A stretch of DNA of 64,000 nt from an uncultured bacterium. GTDB taxonomy: Bacteria; Patescibacteriota; Minisyncoccia; Phycocordibacterales; UBA6065. How positions within the stretch are numbered: the first letter of the stretch is position 1; each line of letters opens with the position of its first letter. Shown in pieces: positions 19,679-29,816 of this stretch. The DNA is taken from contig CAWJEP010000005.1 in NCBI GenBank assembly GCA_963841935.1, positions 164,003 to 228,002 on the forward strand, in the 5' to 3' direction. The position numbers were made by a program, and so were the translations under genes. A model generated the notes under the pieces. That model was not told the origin of the DNA and ran no database searches. It saw nothing but the letters and a program-made list of their open reading frames with translations.

Positions 19679-20395
19679 TTATTGTTCGGAAACTGCGACT
19701 TTTTCCGTCTCCATTACAATATCATCAAAATGCCTTTCTTGAACGACGGAAATTATTCCCTGCTTCACGAGCTCGAGCATAGCGAGAAAGCTAATGATGA
19801 CATTGACCTTTCCCTCTTTGTCTTTGGCGAATTCCTTGAAACTCATTTTAAGTCCCGTTGTGATTCGGTTCGTGAGATTGGAAATCATTTCCTCGAGCGA
19901 AATGACTTTGTCCACGACGGCTTTCGGCAAGAATTCTTTTTTCGGCAAATTGGCAAGCACCGCGCCGATACTTTCAAAGAGGTTGGAAAGCGTCATTGAA
20001 TTGTCCGGCGAGAAAACCGGCTCGATTTTCCTTTCTGCCCGGGCGAAAAGAAAATTTTTGCCGAAAATCTTCTGCAAAGCGGCGGCTCGCTCGCGATACA
20101 TTTTGTATAGAGCGAGCCGCCGCTCGAGATCCGCTATATTGCCTTTTTCGTCTTCCGAGAGTTCCAAATTCGGCAAGAGAGATTTCGATTTGATGAGAAG
20201 CAGGGTCGAGGCGATGAGCACGAATTGCGCCGATTCCGAAAGCGGAAAATCCCCCACCGTTCTCACATACGCGACATAATCGTCGGCGACTTTGGAAAGC
20301 GATATGTCGTTTATGAAAAGTTTCCTCTTCTCGATGAGGTCGAGCAAAAGTTCCAGCGGTCCTTCGAATTTCTCGTGTTTCAGCGCAAAAGGCAT
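19679..20395 (-). CDS. scpA: Segregation and condensation protein ScpA
   Basis: FEGPLELLLDLI, KSKSLLP, FLAMLELVK. Confidence 0.94.
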   Translation of the reverse strand: MPFALKHEKFEGPLELLLDLIEKRKLFINDISLSKVADDYVAYVRTVGDFPLSESAQFVLIASTLLLIKSKSLLPNLELSEDEKGNIADLERRLALYKMYRERAAALQKIFGKNFLFARAERKIEPVFSPDNSMTLSNLFESIGAVLANLPKKEFLPKAVVDKVISLEEMISNLTNRITTGLKMSFKEFAKDKEGKVNVIISFLAMLELVKQGIISVVQERHFDDIVMETEKVAVSEQ

Positions 20396-20396
20396 T

Positions 20397-21797
20397 TTAT
20401 TTCTTCGCTTTCTTGATTTCTATACCGAGTTCGCGCAGTTGCTCGGAGGAAACTTCCGACGGAGCTTTCATCATCAGGTCGCGACCTTCGCCGGTCTTGG
20501 CGAAAGCGATGACTTCGCGAATGTTCGGTTCGTTTTGGAGAATCGCCATAAGTCTGTCTATGCCCCACGCGATTCCTCCGTGCGGCGGCGCGCCATAGGA
20601 AAGCGCATCGAGCATGTGACCGAAATTTTCTTTTATTTTTTCCGGTTTGTGTCCCATAATTTCAAAAACTTTCTGCAAAGCTTCCGGCCGATGATTTCTT
20701 ATGCCGCCGCCACCAAGCTCGTAACCGTTTAACACGATGTCGTATTGCGTGGCGACTATTTCTCCGATTTTTTCTTTCTTCATAAGCAAATCCATATCTT
20801 CCGGCCTCGGCGCGGAAAAAGGATTGTGACTGAATGTCCAACCACCTTCGTCCGTTTTTTCGAATTGAGGAAAATCTATGACCCAACAGAAAGCCAAAAG
20901 GTTCGGGTCATTCTTGTCCGAGCGAATGTCCGGCTTATCGCTTTTGTATTTTTCCATCGCTTCCTTGTACGAAATTCTCGGAAAAGGAATGGCTTGGATT
21001 TTTTTCTGGGGCGCAAGGGTCTTTACGAGTTCTATGAGAAGTTTTTCGTTGAGCGCCATTACATCTTCCTGCTCGACGAAACTTATTTCCATATCAAGCT
21101 GGGTAAATTCCGGCTGGCGGTCGCCGCGAGTGTCTTCGTCACGCATACAACGCGCGAATTGAAAATATTTTTCAAAACCCGCGACCATTAGAAGCTGTTT
21201 GTATTGCTGGGGCGATTGAGGCAAAGCGTAGAATTTTCCGTTTTCGAGTCTCGACGGCACGATATAGTCGCGCGAACCTTCCGGCGTGGATTTTGTCAGC
21301 ATAGGCGTCTCGATTTCCGTGAAGCCTTCTTTCGTAAGCCAATTCCTGACGAAAAGATTGACCGCGTGGCGAAGACGCACATTTCCCTGCATTCTAGGGC
21401 GACGCAAATCTAGATAGCGGTATGTCAGACGGCTCTCCTCGCCGATTTCTTTACCGTCGCTTCGCACATCGATTGGCGGCGTCTGTGCTTCGTTAAGTAC
21501 GCTAATTTTAAGAATTTCGAGTTCGATAGTGCCGTTTTGTTTGTCTTTTTGAATATTTTTTTCCGGTCTGCCGTTTATTTTTCCTTCGACTTCGACGACC
21601 CACTCCGAGCGAACCTTTGAACCGACTTCGTGGGCCTCTTTGGCGTTCGGAAGAATGACGCCTTGGACATAGCCAGTCATATCGCGGAAATCAAAGAAAA
21701 TCATTTTGCCTTGGTCGCGACGAATATCCACCCAGCCTTTTATCGTAACTTTCTCTCCGACTTCTTTCTCCAAATCTTTTATGTATGTTCTTTTCAT
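20397..21797 (-). CDS. aspS: Aspartyl-tRNA synthetase (short form, GAD insertion absent)
   Basis: OB fold, YRYLDLRR, LPQSPQQYKQ, RQPEFTQLD, PPHGGIAWGIDR; 466 aa. Confidence 0.95.
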   Translation of the reverse strand: MKRTYIKDLEKEVGEKVTIKGWVDIRRDQGKMIFFDFRDMTGYVQGVILPNAKEAHEVGSKVRSEWVVEVEGKINGRPEKNIQKDKQNGTIELEILKISVLNEAQTPPIDVRSDGKEIGEESRLTYRYLDLRRPRMQGNVRLRHAVNLFVRNWLTKEGFTEIETPMLTKSTPEGSRDYIVPSRLENGKFYALPQSPQQYKQLLMVAGFEKYFQFARCMRDEDTRGDRQPEFTQLDMEISFVEQEDVMALNEKLLIELVKTLAPQKKIQAIPFPRISYKEAMEKYKSDKPDIRSDKNDPNLLAFCWVIDFPQFEKTDEGGWTFSHNPFSAPRPEDMDLLMKKEKIGEIVATQYDIVLNGYELGGGGIRNHRPEALQKVFEIMGHKPEKIKENFGHMLDALSYGAPPHGGIAWGIDRLMAILQNEPNIREVIAFAKTGEGRDLMMKAPSEVSSEQLRELGIEIKKAKK

Positions 21798-21801
21798 ATT
21801 T

Positions 21802-22752
21802 TTATCTTACGCCAATGGCTTTTCGCACGATTTCCATTTTCTTCTCGGCCGCTTCGCGAGCCCTATCGGCACCCTTTGCTAAAATTTTCAAAACTTTCTT
21901 CGGGTCGCGCGCGATTTTCTCCCTGCGCTCGCGAAGCGGCCGGATAAATGCGATGAGGTCGGCAATCAAAGTTTCTTTCAAATCCTTGTACTTGCCTTTC
22001 TTCTCCGCGTATAGTTTTTCAAGCTCGGCTTTCGAGCGGAAGAGTGAGTGAATGGCATAGACATTTTCCGGTCTTTCGCCGGAAGAATCTGTGACAATTG
22101 TCATAACAAATTTCCTTATTTCTTCATCTGTCGCGAAAAGTCCGAGGTCATTGCCGTAGCTTTTAGACATCTTCCGGCCGTCATTTCCGGGAACAACCGC
22201 GACGGTCGAGAGAATCAAATCGGTCGGCAATTTGAAAACTTCGCTGTGCGAAAGTTCTGTTGAATTTTTGCGCCGTGTCGCGCGCGTATTCGACATGTTG
22301 TTTTTGGTCCTGCCCCACCGGCACGACATCGGTGTCGTAAAGCAAAATATCCGCCGCCATAAGCATCGGGTAATTGAAAGTGCCGACAGAGATTTCCTTG
22401 TCTTTGGCTTCGGCGTTTTTGTAAGCGTGCGCGCGCATTAGATATGGCATCGTCGTGATGGTGTCGAATATCCAAGCAAGCTCGGTATGCGTCGAGAACG
22501 TCGGATTGTTTGAAGATTACAGACTTCTTCGGGTCGAGGCCGATGGCGAGATAGTCGATGGCGAGGTTCAAGATTAAGTTGCGCATTTCCGTCGCCGTTT
22601 TGAATGAGATTTAGTCCGTGATAATCGGCAATGAAAAAGTAGCAGTCGTATTTGTCCTGCAAGTCGACGAATTGCTTCATCGCGCCGAAATAATTGCCTA
22701 TATGCGGCCGTCCCGTCGGTTTGACGCCCGAAAGAAGGATTTTCTTAGCCAT
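21802..22752 (-). CDS. trpS: Tryptophanyl-tRNA synthetase (three frameshifts at ~22590, ~22495 and ~22250, probably assembly errors)
   Basis: PTGRPHIGNY, AIGLDP...FKQSDV, YPMLMAADIL...PVGQDQKQH and KMSKS are spread over four consecutive overlapping ORFs. Confidence 0.9.
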
Positions 22753-22773
22753 CGCCAAATAATACCAAAAAAT

Positions 22774-23361
22774 CTAACTTTTTTCAGCTGTTTTAAAAAT
22801 CCTCTTTCTTAATACCGAAATCGATAATAATAGGTTTATAAAAACAAGGTAAACGGGAAAAATATATTGTGGGAGTATCCATATTTTAACCGCAGCAAAA
22901 GCCGACACGGCGTTGATTATTCCTGTGGTAAATGGGTAAACATTCTCCGTTTCGGGGTATTTCCACGCCTTTATAATTGTAGGCAACGCAGCACTTCCGT
23001 CGCTTAATATGGCAAAGAATATAGCTGTAAGCGGATCTTTGGTAATCCACCAAAATATTAGAGCAAGTATCGAAAATCCTCCGCACACCCAATCAAAAAT
23101 TTCTAGTTTCCAGTAAGAATTTTTATTGGTAAAAGAAAAAATGAATACTAGAAGCGGTCCAAAGCCGGACATAAATATTGGAAGTGCCGCCCAAGTCACT
23201 CCATCTGCGAGTGCTGCCGCCGTAGCGATAAGCGGCGCAACTGACCACATAAACCAAGTTATCCTATTCGGCTTAGTGGTCCCCCGAAGAGTGTCTCTTA
23301 TGTAAGGAAAAATTCCGGCAAGATTGGCGAGCCCTCCGACGATAACTATATATTGGAGCAT
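22774..23361 (-). CDS. Multi-pass membrane protein of unknown function
   Basis: About 6-7 hydrophobic segments; PYIRDTLRGTTKPN and PTIIKAWKYP suggest an internal duplication; AT-rich. Confidence 0.75.
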   Translation of the reverse strand: MLQYIVIVGGLANLAGIFPYIRDTLRGTTKPNRITWFMWSVAPLIATAAALADGVTWAALPIFMSGFGPLLVFIFSFTNKNSYWKLEIFDWVCGGFSILALIFWWITKDPLTAIFFAILSDGSAALPTIIKAWKYPETENVYPFTTGIINAVSAFAAVKIWILPQYIFPVYLVFINLLLSISVLRKRIFKTAEKS

Positions 23362-23364
23362 GAA

Positions 23365-23721
23365 TTATTTTGAAAGATCTTCTCCAAGCTCGAGCGCTAG
23401 GATGCCGAATTCTTTTATTTTCTCGTCATAATCGGGATACGAAGAATAGACCTTCTTCATTTCATCGACCGATTTGACTCCCGGCATTATTTTGTTAAAG
23501 GGAATCGCCTTTACCATAGCGTCTATGCTCGGAAAATGTTGTCTTTTGACGACTTGTTTCGAGAGACGTTCTTTGCCGCAAGTGAAAACCAAAATATCCC
23601 CCGCTTGGATATTTTTGTGTTTGAAGCTTGCCGCGCGAGTCTCGACAGTTTTCAGTCCGGCTTTCATTTCATCGAACATCGCCTTGTCCGTCTGCCTAAG
23701 CTTAAGCGTCCACGTTTTCAT
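23365..23721 (-). CDS. ASCH domain protein
   Basis: GLKTVETR (GxKxxExR) and GDILVF. Confidence 0.8.
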   Translation of the reverse strand: MKTWTLKLRQTDKAMFDEMKAGLKTVETRAASFKHKNIQAGDILVFTCGKERLSKQVVKRQHFPSIDAMVKAIPFNKIMPGVKSVDEMKKVYSSYPDYDEKIKEFGILALELGEDLSK

Positions 23722-24305
23722 TATTTTTTCTTAGCTAATAACCATTCCGGCGGAGGTGTGAATGTGATTGATTCCCAATAATCGATTTCGTCATCCGTGA
23801 AATCATAATGCATCTGATATATCGGTTCGACGCTTCCGTGTATAGCCTTGCTCCAATCAAGGCCTAAAATTTTCGCTGTCTCTCTGACGATTTTTTCCGA
23901 CGGACCTTCGAGTTCGACGAAAGTCGGCACCCACGGCCATGTATCTATCGTTATTTCAACATCGTTCAGCTTCCATTTCTCGCGTTTCGTTTCTTGATAC
24001 GACTTCACCTTGAGACCTATCGCGAGCAGGAATTCGCCCGTCGTATCGAAATCATCGACGACCACCGTGACTTCTTTCGTGCCGTGAAGCGATCTATCAT
24101 CAACTTGTTTGTAGCTTAGTGTGATTTTGTTTCCCTCGTCTCTAACTCTCACCCAGCCTTTTATTTGTTGTCTGTTCGGGAAATCAAAATTCTTCCTTCT
24201 CATGAGAATTTCCGAATACTCACAAACAGCCCTTGATTTTTTGAGAATTTTTCTGAATTCAATTTTATCTACGTCTGGGAATTTCGCTTCGATTTCTGTT
24301 TCCAT
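23721..24305 (-). CDS. CYTH domain protein
   Basis: EIEAK (ExExK), VRVR, LSYK, FVELEG. Confidence 0.88.
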   Translation of the reverse strand: METEIEAKFPDVDKIEFRKILKKSRAVCEYSEILMRRKNFDFPNRQQIKGWVRVRDEGNKITLSYKQVDDRSLHGTKEVTVVVDDFDTTGEFLLAIGLKVKSYQETKREKWKLNDVEITIDTWPWVPTFVELEGPSEKIVRETAKILGLDWSKAIHGSVEPIYQMHYDFTDDEIDYWESITFTPPPEWLLAKKK

Positions 24306-24306
24306 T

Positions 24307-25521
24307 TTATTTAATTTCTTTTACCGCTTCTTCGAGAGTCATAACTTTCTTGTCGCGAGTTTGCATATTTACGAGTTTGACTTTGTTTTCCTTTGCTTCG
24401 CTTTCGTCGATAACGATGGCAAAAGGAATATTTCTGTCTTCGGCATATTTCATCATTTTCTTGAAATCGGAAGTCTCGAAAAGATACTCGGTGTTAATAC
24501 CTGCGGCGCGAAGCGTAGCGGCGGTCTGCGCGTCCGGCGCGAGAACTTTCGTCACGGTTTTTATTTCCGGCACGAGTTTTAGTTCAACCAAAGCGGCGAA
24601 AAGTCGGTCTACGCCGACGGACATTCCGACGGCGGGAATGCTTTTATTGGCGAATGTGCCGATGAGATTGTCGTATCGTCCGCCGGAGAGCACCGAGCCG
24701 TATTCGGGCGCGTCGAGAAGTTTAACTTCGAAAACCATTCCCGTGTAATAGTCTAGTCCGCGGGCAATCGAGAAATCAAAAACGATTTTGGCTTTCGGAT
24801 TGAGATTTTTCGCGGCGGAAATGATTTTCTCCAGTTCGCTTCCCGCCGGCAATTTCTTTTCAGCAATTACCTTTACCAGTTTTTTATCAACACCGATTTC
24901 GGCCAACTCTTTTGCCACGATTTCTTCGCCGATTTTGTCCAACTTGTCGATTATTCGCAATATCGAAGTCTTTTTCTCCGCGGAAATTTTCTGCTCATCA
25001 AAAAAACTATCTAGAAGTCTGCGGTCGTTCACTCGTATCTCGAAATTTTTCACACCAAGTTTTTCGAGAGTAAATCCCGCGAGCGCGAGGATTTCCGCGT
25101 CGGCATTTATACTGTCACTTCCGACGATATCCGCATCGCACTGGCAGAATTCGCGATACCTCCCCTTCTGCGGATTGTCGGCGCGAAAAACATTGGCTAT
25201 TTGATATCGCTTGAAAGGCTTTTTGATATCGCCATACTGCGCGACGACGCGAGCGAGAGGTATCGTCAGGTCATAGCGAAGCGCCACGTCGCGGTCGCCG
25301 TTGTCCTTGAATCGATACATTAGTTTGTCGCCTTCATCGCCGTATTTGCCGGTCAAAATATCGGAGTATTCGAGTGTCGGAGTTTCAATCGGAGAGAAAC
25401 CAAAAAGCTCATACGATTTGCGTATGTTTTCGACCATTCCTTGCCGCGCTATCTCTTGTTCTGGGAGAAAATCCCTAAAACCCTTGAGTACGCGCGGTTC
25501 TATTTTGTTCTTTTCGGTCAT
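24307..25521 (-). CDS. hisS: Histidyl-tRNA synthetase
   Basis: GFRDFLP, LRYDLT, GRYREF, RGLDYYTG, GGRYD. Confidence 0.96.
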   Translation of the reverse strand: MTEKNKIEPRVLKGFRDFLPEQEIARQGMVENIRKSYELFGFSPIETPTLEYSDILTGKYGDEGDKLMYRFKDNGDRDVALRYDLTIPLARVVAQYGDIKKPFKRYQIANVFRADNPQKGRYREFCQCDADIVGSDSINADAEILALAGFTLEKLGVKNFEIRVNDRRLLDSFFDEQKISAEKKTSILRIIDKLDKIGEEIVAKELAEIGVDKKLVKVIAEKKLPAGSELEKIISAAKNLNPKAKIVFDFSIARGLDYYTGMVFEVKLLDAPEYGSVLSGGRYDNLIGTFANKSIPAVGMSVGVDRLFAALVELKLVPEIKTVTKVLAPDAQTAATLRAAGINTEYLFETSDFKKMMKYAEDRNIPFAIVIDESEAKENKVKLVNMQTRDKKVMTLEEAVKEIK

Positions 25522-25581
25522 TTCCAAAATATACAATATTTTCAAGCTTTTTTAAAGCCCAAAGAAATCAGGGACTGATAT

Positions 25582-25610
25582 TTGACCGAGTGAAATTAGT
25601 GTGATATTAT
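25582..25610 (+). promoter_or_regulatory. Sigma70-type promoter of the ABC transporter gene
   Basis: TTGACC, 17-nt spacer, TATTAT with extended TG; purine-rich AAGGAAG precedes GTG 25664. Confidence 0.65.
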
Positions 25611-25663
25611 ATTAAAGAATTCTTCAACCATCAACAACCTAAAAAACGGAAAGGAAGTTACTC

Positions 25664-27505
25664 GTGAAGCACCTTACAATGAAAGATTGGTTCGCATCCG
25701 TGCGAAAGCTCGGGCGCGTTTCTCGTCGTGCGTTTTCAGACGCATGGAAAGATAATGAAATACTGATTGTTCGAGGCTTCGGCCTAGCAATCATCACGGC
25801 TGTACTGCCCTACGGCATCTATTGGTTCTATTCGCGCGCCATCGGCGCACTCTCGAACCAGGAAATGCGAAGCACGGCGGTGATATACATTGTAGGGGCA
25901 CTCGCGGTATCATTCGCGATCGACCTCTTCAATGTCTTGTCGTCGTTTAGCGAACGACAGTTCTGGCACCGACTGCAACTTCGGTTCAATGTGCTCTTCT
26001 TCAGCAAAAAGGGCGCGCTAGGAATCGATGTTCTGGAAAACCCGGAATTTCGGGACACCGTCACTCGAGCTCAAGAAAACCTCATTTGGCCGATTATGCA
26101 AGTTGCTGAGGGACAGTTTGTAAACCTCGGAAACTTCGTGCGGTTATCTGTGGCACTCTCGATAGTCGGCGTATACGACTGGCGTTTGTGTCTTCTGGTT
26201 ATAGCGGCTCTCGTACCTCAGTTTCTCGTAGATATCCGCCACGGCACAACCCAATGGATGATTTTCAGCGCGGAGACGGATGTGCGGAGGCACTACAATG
26301 AACTGCGGCGTCACTTCATGAATCGTAATCTGCTTGCGGAACTCAAGTTGTTCCAAAATGTAGAATACTTTATGAAGCGTATGACGGGCATCCTCGATGA
26401 TTTCCGCAAGACGCAAGAGATCGCCGAAAAGAAGCGACACCTGTGGTCAGCGGTGGCCGTCGGGATAAGCGTCTTACTCATCGGAACGGTCCTGGTTATT
26501 ATCGTCTCCCGCGTCGCGCGTGGGAGTATGCCGATAGCCAAGTTCGTATTCTTGTGGGGTTCTATGCAAAGCTTGCATACGGCGCTTAGCGGAACGCTTA
26601 GAAGCATCGCTCAACAGAACGAATGGGCGCTCAATGCGGCAGACAATTATGCCGTAATGGACGCCGTGCCCGAGAAAACAAACCGAACGGGCACTATAGT
26701 CTGCGCAAGCAGAATCCCCGAAATCGTCTTCGACAATGTCACCTTCCAATATCCTTGGGACGGTCACGAAAGGGTCATTCTTCGGAATGTTTCTTTCAAG
26801 ATTCGACCCGGTGAACGGACGGCGCTCGTCGGCATCAACGGTGCCGGCAAGACAACCTTGATCAAACTTCTCTGCGGAATTTACTACCCCACCGGAGGCA
26901 AGATCACGATTGACGGAGTCGATCTGCGCGAGCTCAATATCGATTCGTGGCGCGCGCAGTTGTCCGTACTCTTCCAGAACTACGCCAACTACCACATGCC
27001 CGTGAACGAAGCTATTGCCCTCGGTAACACGCAAACCGCGCTTGATGCAAATCTCGTGCGAGAGGCGTCTGTAGCCGGAGGCGCGGATTCGTTCGTAGCG
27101 GACTTACCACACGGATACGAAACGATGATCGGAAAGGATTTTACCGGCGGTATCGATCTCTCCGGCGGGCAACATCAACGGATGGCGCTCGCCAGAGTCT
27201 TCTACCGAAAAGGCAAAGTCATCATCCTCGACGAGCCGACGGCGTCACTAGACGCCTTTGGCGAAGCGGAGATATTCCAAGAACTCGAAGCTCGTCCGCG
27301 CGACGCGTCGATGATACTCATCACCCACCGTTTCTCGACCATCAAGAATGTCGACCACATCGTCGTACTTGACCGAGGCACAGTGCTTGAGGAAGGCAGT
27401 CATTCGGCGCTAATGAAGCGTAATGGCCTCTACGCCGAAATGTTTCTCAAACAAGCGCGTGGCTATGGCATCGAACCAGTCGTTGGAAAAAACGAGGAGG
27501 ATTAA
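25664..27505 (+). CDS. ABC exporter, fused permease and ATPase
   Basis: TM domain, Walker A GINGAGKT, LSGGQ, ILDEPT, H-loop ITHR. Confidence 0.93.
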   Translation: MKHLTMKDWFASVRKLGRVSRRAFSDAWKDNEILIVRGFGLAIITAVLPYGIYWFYSRAIGALSNQEMRSTAVIYIVGALAVSFAIDLFNVLSSFSERQFWHRLQLRFNVLFFSKKGALGIDVLENPEFRDTVTRAQENLIWPIMQVAEGQFVNLGNFVRLSVALSIVGVYDWRLCLLVIAALVPQFLVDIRHGTTQWMIFSAETDVRRHYNELRRHFMNRNLLAELKLFQNVEYFMKRMTGILDDFRKTQEIAEKKRHLWSAVAVGISVLLIGTVLVIIVSRVARGSMPIAKFVFLWGSMQSLHTALSGTLRSIAQQNEWALNAADNYAVMDAVPEKTNRTGTIVCASRIPEIVFDNVTFQYPWDGHERVILRNVSFKIRPGERTALVGINGAGKTTLIKLLCGIYYPTGGKITIDGVDLRELNIDSWRAQLSVLFQNYANYHMPVNEAIALGNTQTALDANLVREASVAGGADSFVADLPHGYETMIGKDFTGGIDLSGGQHQRMALARVFYRKGKVIILDEPTASLDAFGEAEIFQELEARPRDASMILITHRFSTIKNVDHIVVLDRGTVLEEGSHSALMKRNGLYAEMFLKQARGYGIEPVVGKNEED

Positions 27506-27517
27506 CTTCCTCACGCG

Positions 27518-27555
27518 AGCCGCGTTTCGAAAGAGACGTGGCTTTTTTATTTTTT
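27518..27555 (+). terminator. Intrinsic terminator
   Basis: AGCCGCGTTTC-GAAA-GAGACGTGGCT followed by T-tracts. Confidence 0.8.
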
Positions 27556-27719
27556 AATCTCCAAATTTGAATCCGAGCCAGAGACCGAGAAAACCGCCGA
27601 TGAGTGCTAAGAAATAATGAAGACATAGAAAGTAGACTCCCATTCCAAAGCATCGGAATAAAACTGCCGATGGTCGATCCGACAAGTATTCCTATCCAAA
27701 TGAGAGTTTTGCGTGGCAT
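27554..27719 (-). CDS. Small two-TM membrane protein (probable one-base frameshift at ~27601)
   Basis: MPRKTLIWIGILVGSTIGSFIP...; removing one base continues as IGGFLGLWLGFKFGD-stop. Confidence 0.55.
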
Positions 27720-27720
27720 T

Positions 27721-28263
27721 TTAATTTTTATTAATCTTTTCCGGAATCACCATTTCTATTTCCGGCATAATGGCGCCGCTTTTCATGCGCCACCTCTCAT
27801 CCACGATTCGTTTGCCTGTATCTCTGAATCCAAGCCCTTCATAAAACTTCTTGGTTTTGGCATTGTATTCGATGAGTTTCACTATCGTCCCCTTTTTCGG
27901 GTCAAAAAATTTTCTGATTTCTAGCCACAACGCCGTGCCGACGCCTTTGCCCTGGTATTCGGGTAAGACATAGAGCATTTTCAATTCGTTTTTGTCTTCG
28001 TTTACTATTCCGGCGCAAACGCCAACAATCTTGTCGCCGATTTTTGCCGTAATCTGACGCTCGTTTTTCGGCAGATTTTTGATGCGCTCCTTTCTTTTTT
28101 TCTGATTTTCTTCCGTGTACGAATCTTTGTAACTTTCGTCCACATCCTCCGCTGTCACGCCGTGTTCCTTGTTCGGATATGTCGCGAGCCATGTCTCGTG
28201 AAGTAATCTCGTGGTTTGTAGCACGTCTTCGGAGACAGCGTCTGAAATAATAATTTTTTCCAT
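27721..28263 (-). CDS. GNAT family N-acetyltransferase
   Basis: LYVLPEYQGKGVG (motif A) and FYEGLGF. Confidence 0.9.
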   Translation of the reverse strand: MEKIIISDAVSEDVLQTTRLLHETWLATYPNKEHGVTAEDVDESYKDSYTEENQKKRKERIKNLPKNERQITAKIGDKIVGVCAGIVNEDKNELKMLYVLPEYQGKGVGTALWLEIRKFFDPKKGTIVKLIEYNAKTKKFYEGLGFRDTGKRIVDERWRMKSGAIMPEIEMVIPEKINKN

Positions 28264-28346
28264 ATGATGCGGTTTTATTTTAATTCGCCATTTGGCTCCG
28301 TCCGACATTTCCTCTGCAAACGAATAAGAATTTCATTTATGATATT

Positions 28347-28810
28347 TTACAAATCTTTATCTATAGAAAAATGTAGATATTTCCTAAAAAGCTCTTTAGC
28401 ATGATCATGCTGTTCACCAAACCATGATTCAATTTCATATAATTCTTGAGACAGCTCTTTGCGTTTACCAATTTCTAGATCCATGTCTTCAAGTTGCTCG
28501 CCTAAATGTATAGACCTCAAGCCTTTTTTATCAATTTCACTAACATAAGACTTGATCTCTCGACCAAATAAAAAATCTGAATCAGATGATTCAAAATAAA
28601 ATTTTCCGAGCTCCTTACGGTCTAACTTCCCGTTTTTTATAAAATACATAAACAATTCTTGGCAAGCTTTAAAAACTTCATGTCGACGCTCAAACAAATC
28701 AAGTCTTAATTGATCTTTTTGTATGTGTGCTGAGGACTTACTAATTTTATAATTCTGCCATGCTATGAAAGCCAAAATATGGCTATAGAAATATTAATTA
28801 TGGTGATCAT
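28347..28810 (-). CDS. Hypothetical protein with N-terminal TM (possible homopolymer frameshift at ~28777)
   Basis: AT-rich ORF IAWQNY...LRLDLFERR; an upstream ATG at 28810 joins the frame if one T is added. Confidence 0.55.
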
Positions 28811-28821
28811 AAACTTTATTC

Positions 28822-29683
28822 TTATATTCCCTCTTTTTTTAATTCCTCAATTTTCTTTCTTCGCATCGCGAGAAAGTCGGCGAGGCATTACAATATGGAT
28901 GCGCACAAGCGCGTCGCCGCGGTGACGACCTTGGGGTACGCCACGGCCTCTGATGCGCAGGATTTCGCCGTGAGCGACGCCTTCGGGAACTTTAAGCGAG
29001 ATTGCCCCGTCGAGAGTCTCTAGCGGGTATTCGGCGCCGAGGAGGGCGTCGGAGAGTTTCACTTGGAGGTCGCCGACGATGTTCACGCCTTCTTTATGCC
29101 AGAATTTGTGCGGCTCGATGTGAATGCGCACATATAGGTCGCCCGAGACGCCGCCGTCGATAGGCTCGCCTTGATTCGCGAGCTTGAGCATTTCGCCGTC
29201 GTCGATGCCCGCCGGAATTTTCACTTTCAGATTTTTCTTGTAGTTTATTTCCCGCTCGACGCCAAAGACCGCGTCGTGAAGCGTCACATACAAATCCACC
29301 TGAATGTCGCGGCCGCGCCTCTGGCGCGGCCGCCCGCCTCCGAAAATGCTGCCGAAGAGGTCGTTGAGGTCAAACTCCACTCCGCCTTGGCCGAAGCCGC
29401 CCTGCTGAAAACCGGAGAAATCAAAACCGAAATCGTTAGGATTAAATCCCGCTCCGCCGAATCCGCCGGTGTTGCTACCGGCTGTGCCGAAAGTGTCGTA
29501 TTGCTGGCGTTTTTTGTCGTCGGAAAGGACGCTATACGCCTCGCTGACTTCTTTGAATTTCTCGGCGTTGCCGCCTTTCTTGTCGGGATGGTGTTCGTGG
29601 GCGAGTTTGCGGAACGCCTTTTTGATATCGTCTTGCGACGCGTTTTTCTCCACTCCGAGTGTTTTGTAATAATCTTTTGCCAT
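28822..29683 (-). CDS. dnaJ: DnaJ-class chaperone without zinc finger (terminal frameshift at ~28857)
   Basis: J domain with HPD, G/F-rich region, GDLYV C-terminal domain. As given it stops at 28847; removing one A gives ...[12 protein letters not shown]-stop at 28822. Confidence 0.9.
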
Positions 29684-29699
29684 TTAATTTTTGACCTTT

Positions 29700-29804
29700 T
29701 TCCGTGCCGATGCCTGTGCGAGAGCACGCATATTTTTCTGCTGAAAAATTGCTCTGCTCGGCTCGTCAGCCTGCGCAAGGCTTCGCCCAAGCACCGGCAC
29801 GGAA
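29700..29804. repeat. Branched hairpin element between dnaK and dnaJ
   Basis: Outer arms TTCCGTGCCG and CGGCACGGAA; inner ATTTTTC-TGCT-GAAAAAT and AGAGCA/TGCTCT. Confidence 0.6.
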
Positions 29805-29816
29805 GCCGGTTTTAAT

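Noticed and set aside
21802-22752. trpS (and dnaB) as true pseudogenes or programmed frameshifts
   Set aside because: Essential genes with intact motifs, no obvious slippery sites, and similar indels elsewhere in the window; assembly error is more likely.
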